Positions 20,211 to 28,238 of a DNA stretch of 64,000 bases are shown one piece after another. Origin of the DNA: an uncultured Cryomorphaceae bacterium (GTDB taxonomy: Bacteria > Bacteroidota > Bacteroidia > Flavobacteriales_D > Cryomorphaceae). The number at the start of each line of letters is the position of its first letter. Position 1 is the stretch's first letter. The stretch spans positions 30,935 through 94,934 of the forward strand of contig CALOFA010000016.1 of NCBI GenBank assembly GCA_942492545.1, in the 5' to 3' direction. The translations under genes and the position numbers were made by a program. The notes beneath the pieces are model-generated. The model ran no database searches and had not been told where the DNA came from. It saw only the letters and a program-made list of their open reading frames with translations.

Positions 20211-20239
20211 TTGCGAATTGGGATTATTTCCTACTTTTG
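20211..20239 (+). promoter_or_regulatory. Bacteroidetes-type promoter for tRNA-Leu.
   Basis: -33 TTG at 20211-13 and -7 TACTTTTG at 20232-39 (matches TAnnTTTG) with 18-nt spacing. The tRNA starts about 13 nt downstream. Confidence 0.4.
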
Positions 20240-20251
20240 CGCCTCAATTTT

Positions 20252-20333
20252 GCCCGGGTGGCGAAATTGGTAGACGCGCACGCTTGAGGGGCGTGTGAGC
20301 TACGCTCATGCTGGTTCGAGTCCAGTCCGGGCA
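20252..20333 (+). tRNA. tRNA-Leu (anticodon GAG), type II with a long variable arm. No encoded CCA.
   Basis: Folded by hand: acceptor GCCCGGG, anticodon loop TTGAGGG giving GAG, T-loop TTCGAGT, discriminator A. The T-stem/acceptor junction is 1 nt short (CCGGGC where CCCGGGC is expected). Confidence 0.85.
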
Positions 20334-20343
20334 CATCAATCAA

Positions 20344-20373
20344 AGTCGGTTCTTTCGGAACCGACTTTTTTTG
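20344..20373 (+). terminator. Rho-independent terminator directly after the tRNA.
   Basis: Hairpin AGTCGGTTC-TTTC-GGAACCGACT followed by T7. Confidence 0.6.
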
Positions 20374-20576
20374 TTTTAGGCTGTTTCTTTTGCTGCTTGG
20401 AAAATGAGAACCTTGAAGAGTATCGATTCTCAGTCAAAGAAGTCTTGATTTCTCTTTCTAAAGCCAGCCATAATCGATTCATTTTGCTTGATCATTAATA
20501 GGTTGATGAGTGTGGTTGGATTATCTTTATATCACCACACGATTTTGGTGAAGTATTTATTCAATACCTTCTTTCC

Positions 20577-21626
20577 ATGCCTGTCAAATCACCCCAAATA
20601 AATGAACTTATCGCGGTTACGCTCATTTTGGCTCTGATGTATTTCGGCAGATCGGTTTTTGTGCCCTTGGCATTTTCGGTCCTCATTGCTTTTGTGATTT
20701 ATCCCGTCTGCACCAAATTAGAAAAATGGGGTATAGGCAGAATTAGCTCCATTTTGATCGGCGAAGTACTAGTCTTTCTCTTATTTGGAGGCTTGGTGTT
20801 TTTGTTGATATGGCAGTTTGGTGAATTCCTCGATCAGTGGCCTGTGATAAATAAAAAACTGCAATCGGCCTTTTTCCAATTGAATCAGGTGGTGATCGAT
20901 CGATTCGGAGTTCCGGCTGATACCCAAATGGGTTACTTGCAAACCGTCCTTTTTGACAATACCAATCGCCTGTTTTCTGTTTTGCAAAACCTCCTCTTTG
21001 TCTCTGCTACCGGATTGGTTATGCTGGTTCTCATCCCATTCTACACGGCTTTGATTCTTTTCTACAGAAATTTGTGGATCAAGGCCATAGTAGCAGCCAC
21101 CGGTGAGCAGCATCGCCAAAAAGTACTTCGCCTCGTTAAAGGGTCCATTCAAAAGTATTTTGATTTCGTAAAAGGAATGCTTTTGGTATATCTCATTGTA
21201 GGTACTCTGAATAGCATCGGGCTAGCCATTCTCGGCGTTCCGCATCCGATTCTTTTTGGGGTGATTGCCTCATTGCTCACCTTCATTCCGTATTTCGGAA
21301 TTGTGGTTGGTGCACTTTTGCCGATGGCTGTCTCATGGGTTACTTTTGACAGCGTATGGTATCCTATTGGGGTGGTGGCCATATTTACGTTGGTTCAGTA
21401 TTTAGAAGCCAATTTCATCTTTCCTTTAGCCGTAAGTGTAAAGCTTAAAGTAAATACGCTGGTCAGCATTGTCGCCATTTTTGCCGGAGCACTTATTTGG
21501 GGTGCTGCCGGCATGATTCTGTTCGTTCCCTTTTTGGGTATTCTCAAGCTTATCGCCAAAGAAGTTGAAGGGTGGGAACCGCTGGCCATTTTTCTGGGAG
21601 ATGGTAGTGAAGAAAACCTTGAATAG
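20577..21626 (+). CDS. AI-2E family transporter (PerM / UPF0118).
   Basis: 349 aa, 7-8 TM, family-typical topology and length. Confidence 0.7.
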   Translation: MPVKSPQINELIAVTLILALMYFGRSVFVPLAFSVLIAFVIYPVCTKLEKWGIGRISSILIGEVLVFLLFGGLVFLLIWQFGEFLDQWPVINKKLQSAFFQLNQVVIDRFGVPADTQMGYLQTVLFDNTNRLFSVLQNLLFVSATGLVMLVLIPFYTALILFYRNLWIKAIVAATGEQHRQKVLRLVKGSIQKYFDFVKGMLLVYLIVGTLNSIGLAILGVPHPILFGVIASLLTFIPYFGIVVGALLPMAVSWVTFDSVWYPIGVVAIFTLVQYLEANFIFPLAVSVKLKVNTLVSIVAIFAGALIWGAAGMILFVPFLGILKLIAKEVEGWEPLAIFLGDGSEENLE

Positions 21627-21824
21627 ATTGCGAGATAGTTTAGTTGAGAAGGCAAGTGCAATCTCCTATTCCGTCGTCTTGCAAGAGAGTTTTTTATCCT
21701 TGTCAAAGTCACATGGAAATCACCCATTTTCTGAGAGGCAAGCAAAAAGAATCTGTTGATTCTTCGATCAATATTTTTCCAGACCTCTTAATATTGCTTT
21801 CAAAAATTTGCAGACTTTCGTCCT

Positions 21825-22736
21825 ATGGAACACCTCAAAGAATTTTTAGAACACCTCAAAGTCGTATGGTTTGCCAATAGCTACGCTAAAATGATAGTGG
21901 CTGTGGGAATACTCATCCTTACGGTAGTAGTTAATATGTTGTTCGTACGGGTATTCAATCGCTTCATTCGCCGAAGGACGGATGATATGCACAATGATCC
22001 TACTAATTATAAATTCTTGAGGCATGCTATTGTGGCTCTCATCTATGTCGTTGGGGTTAGTGCAGCGATTTACACCATACCGGCTCTTCGAACCTTGGCC
22101 AACTCTCTGCTCGCAGGTGCGGGTATTTTGGCAGTTGCTGTTGGTTTTGCTTCACAACAAGCTTTGAGCAACATGGTTAGTGGTATTTTTATTATCATGT
22201 TTAAGCCTTTTCGGGTGAATGATCGGATCACGATTCAAGGCTCCATCTCGGGAGTGGTTGAGGACATTTCACTTCGGCATGTAGTGATCAGAAATTTTGA
22301 AAACCGACGAGTCATTGTACCCAATTCTATCATAGGCAATGAGATTTTGGTAAATGCCGACTACGAAGATGCGCTGATTTGCAAATGGGTCGATATGGGA
22401 ATCGGTTACGGGGCAGATTACAAATTAGCCAAAAAGATCATCCAAGAGGAAGCGATGAAGCATCCCTTTTTTATCGATAATCGAACTCCCGAAGAAAAGG
22501 CAGAAGGCGTCGATGCCGTTAGGGTGCGCGTGCTGAATTGGGGCGATTTCTCCATAAATATCCGTGCTTGGGTTTGGACAGCCGACAACGGTGCTGCTTT
22601 TCAATTGGGCTGCGACCTATACGAGAGTGTTAAAGAGCGCTTTGATGCTGAAGGTGTGGAGATACCTTATCCATACAGAAATGTGGTGCATTACAATTCA
22701 CCAAATTACGAAGCCCCTATTCCCAAAAAAGACTAA
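21825..22736 (+). CDS. Small-conductance mechanosensitive channel (MscS family).
   Basis: Three N-terminal TM helices then the MscS beta-domain (FKPFRVNDRITIQGSISGVVEDISLRHVVIRNFENRRVIVPNS). Confidence 0.8.
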   Translation: MEHLKEFLEHLKVVWFANSYAKMIVAVGILILTVVVNMLFVRVFNRFIRRRTDDMHNDPTNYKFLRHAIVALIYVVGVSAAIYTIPALRTLANSLLAGAGILAVAVGFASQQALSNMVSGIFIIMFKPFRVNDRITIQGSISGVVEDISLRHVVIRNFENRRVIVPNSIIGNEILVNADYEDALICKWVDMGIGYGADYKLAKKIIQEEAMKHPFFIDNRTPEEKAEGVDAVRVRVLNWGDFSINIRAWVWTADNGAAFQLGCDLYESVKERFDAEGVEIPYPYRNVVHYNSPNYEAPIPKKD

Positions 22737-22745
22737 GTGAAAGCC

Positions 22746-23780
22746 CTAGGTATGCTGAGCGATGTAAAGGTAAAGCGGCATTCCCAAAGTGATATTGAAC
22801 GGGAAAGTAATGGCCAAAGCCATCGGCAGATATAAACTCGGATTGGCCTTTGGCGCAGCTAGTCGCATGGCAGCCGGCACAGCGATGTAGGAAGCACTCG
22901 CCGCTAAAATCGCGAAGAGCAATCTATTCCCAAGGCTTTCGGTAAATGTGCCGCTGATTACGGCTACTGCGCATCCATTGATCACGGGAATCACTATAGC
23001 GAAGATCAGCGCAAACCAACCTTTTTTCATAAAAGACGAAAGCTCCTTGCCGCTGGTTATGCCCATATCGAGTAGAAAAACTGCCAAGAATCCTTTAAAG
23101 ATATCCGTGGTGAAGGGCTTGATTCCTTCGGCTTGGGCGTCACTGGCCAAGTAGCCTATGACGAGGCTACCAATAATGAGCAATACGCTTCCGTTGGTTA
23201 CCGAATGTCTTAATACTTTGCCAAGAGGTGGCTTATTGGTACTGTCTTTATTGAAAAGGCTGATGAGCAATACCCCGATAATGATGGAAGGTGCTTCCAT
23301 CAAAGCCATCACGGCCACCATATGTCCGTCAAATTGGATTTTTTCCAATTCTAAAAAGGAGATGGCAGTAACGAATGTCACTGCACTCACCGATCCATAC
23401 GCTGCGGCAATGGCCCCTGAGTTCCACACATTGAACTTGCGGCGGAGAATGAAATACGCGTAAATCGGTACGACCAAAGCCAAGAGAATTCCAAAAATGA
23501 GGGAGTAGGCTATTTCTGTGTCAAAATCGCTGTGCGAAAGTTCTTGCCCACCTTTGAATCCGATGGAGAGGATGAGGTACATCGAGATAAACTTCGAAGA
23601 GTTGGGAGGTATCGCTAAATCGCTTTTCAACTGAACGGCTATAATCCCCAAGAAGAAGAACAGCAGTGCCGGATTGGTGAGATTGTCGGCTAGTAGATGA
23701 AGGTCCATAACTACTCTGAATTTCTCCGAAGGTATGCTTGGAAGGAATTTATCTGATGGGTTTTGAATTTCAGTTATCAA
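22746..23780 (-). CDS. SbtA-family (DUF897) Na+-dependent bicarbonate-transporter-like permease. The probable start is the internal MDLHLLADNL.
   Basis: C-terminal block AASASYIAVPAAMRLAAPKANPSLYLPMALAITFPFNITLGMPLYLYIAQ aligns with cyanobacterial SbtA (AASSSDISGPPTLRAGIPSANPSAYIG…PLFIGLAQ) as recalled from memory. Overall 10-TM architecture fits. Confidence 0.55.
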   Translation of the reverse strand: MITEIQNPSDKFLPSIPSEKFRVVMDLHLLADNLTNPALLFFFLGIIAVQLKSDLAIPPNSSKFISMYLILSIGFKGGQELSHSDFDTEIAYSLIFGILLALVVPIYAYFILRRKFNVWNSGAIAAAYGSVSAVTFVTAISFLELEKIQFDGHMVAVMALMEAPSIIIGVLLISLFNKDSTNKPPLGKVLRHSVTNGSVLLIIGSLVIGYLASDAQAEGIKPFTTDIFKGFLAVFLLDMGITSGKELSSFMKKGWFALIFAIVIPVINGCAVAVISGTFTESLGNRLLFAILAASASYIAVPAAMRLAAPKANPSLYLPMALAITFPFNITLGMPLYLYIAQHT

Positions 23781-23839
23781 CGACCATTGTTAGAAATTTC
23801 GGTATTCATTCTTATACATGACTCTCTTCACCTTCATAC

Positions 23840-24082
23840 ATGCATATATTTGCTCTCATGTCTGAGAAACCGAATAGAGCGAAGTTTTACATCATTCCCT
23901 GGGCCCTGAGCGCGGCTTTTCTTATCCGAGCTATGATTCTGCGCGATAGCGCTGCCACTTATGCTACGGATGATTTGAGCATTTGGCAATCGCCTTCTTT
24001 TTACTTTGTGCTCTCTTCAGTTGGTTTCATTTTGGGGCTCTATTTTCTTTCGCTGAAAGGCGGAAAGTCAAAATCTGATTAA
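23840..24082 (+). CDS. Small hypothetical membrane protein.
   Basis: 80-aa ORF with two hydrophobic segments; nothing else supports it. Confidence 0.25.
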   Translation: MHIFALMSEKPNRAKFYIIPWALSAAFLIRAMILRDSAATYATDDLSIWQSPSFYFVLSSVGFILGLYFLSLKGGKSKSD

Positions 24083-24112
24083 ACTCTACACCAACCATAT
24101 CAATCGAACTTC

Positions 24113-24277
24113 ATGAGTATTGTAAGAATAATTTTCGCCATCATTTTACCGCCACTCGGAGTATTTCTCACGGTAGGATTGGGTAAGCATTTCTGGATTA
24201 ATGTGCTTTTGACCATTCTGGGCTTTGTGCCGGGTATTGTGCATGCCGTCTGGATTATTGCCAAGAATGACGCATAG
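24113..24277 (+). CDS. Pmp3/YqaE (UPF0057) family small proteolipid, 54 aa.
   Basis: MSIVRIIFAIILPPLGVFLTVGLGKHFWINVLLTILGFVPGIVHAVWIIAKNDA is the family signature. It is below the ORF-track cutoff, and the antisense ORF 24100..24318 is spurious. Confidence 0.6.
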   Translation: MSIVRIIFAIILPPLGVFLTVGLGKHFWINVLLTILGFVPGIVHAVWIIAKNDA

Positions 24278-24315
24278 ATTTCGTTATTGCAGGTCAACTG
24301 CACCATTTCAAATGA

Positions 24316-24419
24316 CAAGCAGGAATATCGGTCTGAGAACCGATAACTTGAAATATCGCCTCTAGAACCGATATTTGGTATTATCGGCTTTAGAGCCGAT
24401 AAATTAGATTATCTGCTGA
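24316..24419. promoter_or_regulatory. Array of four tandem 20-bp palindromic operator-like repeats (TATCGGn-N6-nCCGATA) at exact 28-bp periodicity.
   Basis: Copies at 24316 (tatcggtctgagaaccgata), 24344 (tatcgcctctagaaccgata), 24372 (tatcggctttagagccgata, perfect) and 24400 (tatctgctgagaagccgata, degenerate left arm). The last copy ends 20 nt before the start codon at 24440. Confidence 0.5.
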
Positions 24420-24439
24420 GAAGCCGATATATTCGTGAT

Positions 24440-25039
24440 ATGATTGCAATCATCACCGGAGATATTATAAACTCCACAGAAGACGATTCGACTCAGTGGC
24501 TGTCGCTGCTCAAGCAGGTTTTGAATCGCTACGGCAAAAGCCCCGAGAAATGGGAAATTTTCAGGGGAGATAGTTTTCAATTGGAGGTTGAACCAAAAAA
24601 TGCACTGCACACCGCCTTTCATATCAAGGCATGCCTCAAGCAAACGGGCAGCAGAGATGTAAGAATGGCCATTGGCATTGGCGAGGCTACTCATAAGGCA
24701 GCACGCATTTCAGAATCTAATGGTTCGGCCTATGTGCGCTCAGGCGAAAGCTTTGAGGAATTGAAAAAGCAAACGCTGGCCATTCGAACGGAGAACGAAG
24801 ATATTGACGAAACGATCAATTTGATGTTGCAATTGGCCCTCCTCATTTCGGATAATTGGAGTTCGGCAGTTGCTACGATAATAACCGCATCGATTGAAAA
24901 TCCCGAAAAGTCCCAAAATGAACTGGCTAAGCTTTTGAATAAATCTCAAAGCAGCGTAAGCGAAGCCATGTCGCGTGGAGGATACAGCGAGATGATGAAG
25001 GTGAATCATTACTATTCCAAACGAATCGAAACCTTATGA
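24440..25039 (+). CDS. SatD-like protein: N-terminal region with class-III nucleotidyl-cyclase-like motifs and a putative C-terminal helix-turn-helix.
   Basis: IAIITGDIINST resembles the cyclase metal-binding strand and RMAIGIGEA resembles the cyclase RxGxxxG element. The C-terminal SQNELAKLLNKSQSSVSEAM is HTH-like. Stop/start overlap ATGA with the next gene. Confidence 0.45.
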   Translation: MIAIITGDIINSTEDDSTQWLSLLKQVLNRYGKSPEKWEIFRGDSFQLEVEPKNALHTAFHIKACLKQTGSRDVRMAIGIGEATHKAARISESNGSAYVRSGESFEELKKQTLAIRTENEDIDETINLMLQLALLISDNWSSAVATIITASIENPEKSQNELAKLLNKSQSSVSEAMSRGGYSEMMKVNHYYSKRIETL

Positions 25040-25755
25040 GTCTCCTCTTTATAAAAATGCTGTTGGCCCATGTCTTGGGCGATTTTGTTTTTCAGCCAAG
25101 CGGGTGGGTGGAGCATAAGCTGAAACGGAGGCATAAATCTAAATACCTCTACTTCCATATCCTGATTCACTTGGTTGCGCTGTTGGTTGTATTTCGTCTG
25201 GACTTTGCCTATTGGCCCGTTTTTGTGATCATTCCGATCAGTCACTTCATCATCGATCTGATCAAAATAAATTTGCACAAAAAGGTGAACACGCGTTGGC
25301 TTTTTGTGGTGGATCAGCTTGCGCATATAATGGTCATCTTGGGCTTGGGCCTCTATTATTTTCCCGATTTTTCTATTTCAGCAGAACTCTTTTCCGAGAA
25401 GGATCTATTTCTCGTTTTGTGTCTTCTGATACTCACTTTTGCTGGATCAGTTTTCATACAGGTGCTGATGAGTCGGTGGATCGTTACCGAGGACAAAGAA
25501 AATCAATCGCTACCCGCTGCAGGGAAGTACATCGGCATGCTCGAGCGACTCTTCATCTTTGCTTTCGTGGTATTGAACCAATGGTCAGCCATCGGATTTT
25601 TAATCACCGCAAAATCCGTTTTTCGATTCGGCGACCTTTCTCGGGCCAAGGATCGCAAGCTCACTGAGTACATCCTCATTGGGACGCTGCTCAGTTTTGG
25701 TTTGGCAATTTTGACGGGGCTGCTCTTCAAGTGGTTTTACAAAGCAGCACTTTAA
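25036..25755 (+). CDS. DUF3307 family integral membrane protein.
   Basis: N-terminal AHVLGDFVFQ motif typical of DUF3307. Six hydrophobic segments. Translationally coupled to the SatD-like gene. Confidence 0.55.
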   Translation: MSLLFIKMLLAHVLGDFVFQPSGWVEHKLKRRHKSKYLYFHILIHLVALLVVFRLDFAYWPVFVIIPISHFIIDLIKINLHKKVNTRWLFVVDQLAHIMVILGLGLYYFPDFSISAELFSEKDLFLVLCLLILTFAGSVFIQVLMSRWIVTEDKENQSLPAAGKYIGMLERLFIFAFVVLNQWSAIGFLITAKSVFRFGDLSRAKDRKLTEYILIGTLLSFGLAILTGLLFKWFYKAAL

Positions 25756-25758
25756 GAT

Positions 25759-26595
25759 TTAAAGCGCATCACCTTCCCATGGATTCAGATAGATTCTCCT
25801 CAATGAATCGCGCTCTGCGTCGTTAAACGAACGATCGTAATTGTAAATTGCACCTTCCCAAGTGCCATAGAGCGAGTTGGGCAAAACGATAAATTTCACA
25901 CCCATTTCATCTCTATGAACTTGAACATTGCTCAATCGTTCATCTACGTTTGAGGGTTTGTCCCAAATTTCTGAGTAGTCCCCCAAATTATCGCCGATGT
26001 AAAGAATGATATCTGCCGCTCCTGCTTTCACTTTGGCCCTTCTTTCAGATTTATCTGAAGTATTCGTTTTCAACAAAATATGAGTCGAGTCGGCTTGCGG
26101 CGCTCCCAGGCTTTGCAAGTTTTTGATCGTAGCATCCAAGCCATCGGCGCTGCGGTTGCTGATGTAGTAAAGGTCGACTCCGTTGCTGTTTGCCCAGGTC
26201 AAAAATTCGATTGATCCGGGAATGGCTTCGGCACTAGCATCTTCTACCCATTTTGACCAAGTATCAGGCGAGTAGGGGTTGTTTGTTGTTATCTGCCAAG
26301 CTGTGTATGGACTATTGTCCAAAACCGTTTCATCCAAATCGAGAATGACGGTTGGTCTTTTTAATCCTTTTGACAAAGCCCTTTCAACTTGAATTTCAGC
26401 CAACTCATAGGCTTGGTAGCACAGTGCCTTATATTCTGCGGCGCTTTGGGCGTAGAGCGTAGAGTGGATGAGGTAATCTTGCGATTTTATTTCCGTAGAG
26501 TCTTTTCTCGCAGGCTCTGTTTGCTGTATGGCTATTTCTTCACAGGCCGACAGGGCAATGAAAATTGAAAGAGCAATGGCGCTGATCTTATTCAT
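25759..26595 (-). CDS. 5'-nucleotidase / class B acid phosphatase, lipoprotein e(P4) family (HAD IIIB).
   Basis: DLDETVLDNSPY is the DxDxT HAD motif in e(P4) context. Signal/lipobox LSAC. Confidence 0.75.
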   Translation of the reverse strand: MNKISAIALSIFIALSACEEIAIQQTEPARKDSTEIKSQDYLIHSTLYAQSAAEYKALCYQAYELAEIQVERALSKGLKRPTVILDLDETVLDNSPYTAWQITTNNPYSPDTWSKWVEDASAEAIPGSIEFLTWANSNGVDLYYISNRSADGLDATIKNLQSLGAPQADSTHILLKTNTSDKSERRAKVKAGAADIILYIGDNLGDYSEIWDKPSNVDERLSNVQVHRDEMGVKFIVLPNSLYGTWEGAIYNYDRSFNDAERDSLRRIYLNPWEGDAL

Positions 26596-26601
26596 TTTTA
26601 C

Positions 26602-27974
26602 TTACGCGTTCAGAGTTTTAAGAAATTCAAAGAGCCCATGATGGTCATCAGATTTTAGAATGATACCATGTACACAGGTATTTCTGTTGAGACGGTCTAT
26701 GAGGGCGATATCAAATCGTGAAGCCAAAATATAAACCGGAGTATGCGGGTGAGCGGCCTCAAAATCAGTTAAAAAAGACCAGAGGTCGTCGCAAGAATCT
26801 TCATCGAGAATGACGACTTCCGCTATACCCGTATCTTCATTAGTAGAGAGATATTCATCAAGATTCTTATTCAAATCAAAATTCATTTCTAGTGCAATGT
26901 CCTCTACTGTGTTTTTGAGGATCATACTCTGTAAGTTATCCTTGCAAATAAGGCTAACCTTTTGAATATGTGCGCTTATGATTCCACTTTCCTCTTCAGT
27001 AGATTCTATCATATTATTAATCTCGTGGATTCTCTCATCCAGCTTAATGGCCGTTTCTTTTAAATGTCTGAGATTGTCGGCACTGGATTCCTCAGAAAGC
27101 AAGTCTACTAAGCCGATAACAGAAGAGGCAGGGCCTCTCAATAAATGTGAATTCATAAACGCATAGTCAATTAATTTTTGCGTTTGTTCCATGATGATTT
27201 GTTCTTTCTTCTTTTGCTCATCGATGTTGCGAATTATTCCCGATATTCTGAGTGGACTTCTTTTGGAGTCGCGCTCCATCACCTTGCCATCTGAGTGTAC
27301 CCAGATGTACTCGTTCTGATTATTGAGAACTCTATACTCGATGGAGTAATCGTCGTTTTGGCTTTCCAGTGTATTGAGCCAGTTGAGCTTAACTCGTTGT
27401 CGGTCAGTGGGGTGAACTTTCGAAAGGAAATATTCTTGATCGAACTCAACCACTGTCATTTCTTTTTCGAAGATACCGACATGTGCATCATAGACGGAAA
27501 CTTTTTAATGGATGAATACCACTCCCAAACTGCTTGATTTGAAGCTTCAAGGGAATTTTTCAGCTTCGTGATCATGTCTGAGAAAATCTCTGCATCAAGA
27601 TTTCCTTTGCCCATCGATCGCATCACTCCATAGTAATAGTCAGTCTTTTCTTCAAATGGCAATTTGGTCAATCGAAGTTCGTAAACACCAGTCTGGCCAT
27701 CTTTGCTCTGCATGTGCCAGGTCACGATTTTCGCTTCCCTTGGCTCAAGACCTTCGTGAATTTCTGTTAGTGTATTGAAATTGTTTTGATCAATGCTGAG
27801 CTCATCAAATCCAATATTGGGAAGATCATCTCGATCATACCCTGATAATGCCAGAAAAGCTTCATTGAACATCACAAATTTTGATGAGTTACACCAAAAC
27901 ATGGGGATGAGAGATTTATTAAATGTCTCGTTGAAAAGCTCGATTTTAGAATGATCGGATAATGGCCCTGTCAT
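26602..27974 (-). CDS. Multi-PAS sensor protein with HisKA-like H-box and receiver-like C-terminus. It is split into ORFs 27456..27974 and 26602..27459.
   Basis: One PAS domain spans the junction: AVWEWY… in the upstream ORF and …VHPTDRQRV in the downstream ORF, about 40 aa apart. Downstream H-box-like NSHLLRGPASS. T5 run at 27503-27507. Confidence 0.55.
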
Positions 27975-28238
27975 TGATGGTTGGTTTGATTAGTCTTTGC
28001 TCAATATCTGATGGGGTTGGTCATATCCATCAGCCAATGTTATTTTTTACAAAACTATTCTAATTCTCGAAAGATAAGCGCTTTCGAGGTTTTTGGCCTC
28101 TCATCACCTAAACTCAAATGTTTCTTTTAATTTCACTTCATCTCAGTTACATTCCTTCTTTTTAAAGCCCCACATTTCTTATTCTTTTTTAAATTGGCTG
28201 TTTTCACAATCACCACCTGTGTGTTAGATTAAAATATT

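Noticed and set aside
20252-21700. Genomic island integrated at tRNA-Leu.
   Set aside because: No integrase, no duplicated tRNA 3' end, and the flanking genes (AI-2E transporter, MscS) are ordinary chromosomal genes.
24100-24318. 72-aa minus-strand ORF in the track.
   Set aside because: The opposite strand encodes a canonical Pmp3/YqaE proteolipid. The minus ORF has no support.
24316-24419. Possible CRISPR-like array, because of the regularly spaced repeats.
   Set aside because: Only four copies. The units are 20-bp palindromes separated by 8-bp spacers at a 28-bp period, there are no cas genes, and the array sits directly upstream of a start codon. This is an operator/iteron array, not CRISPR.
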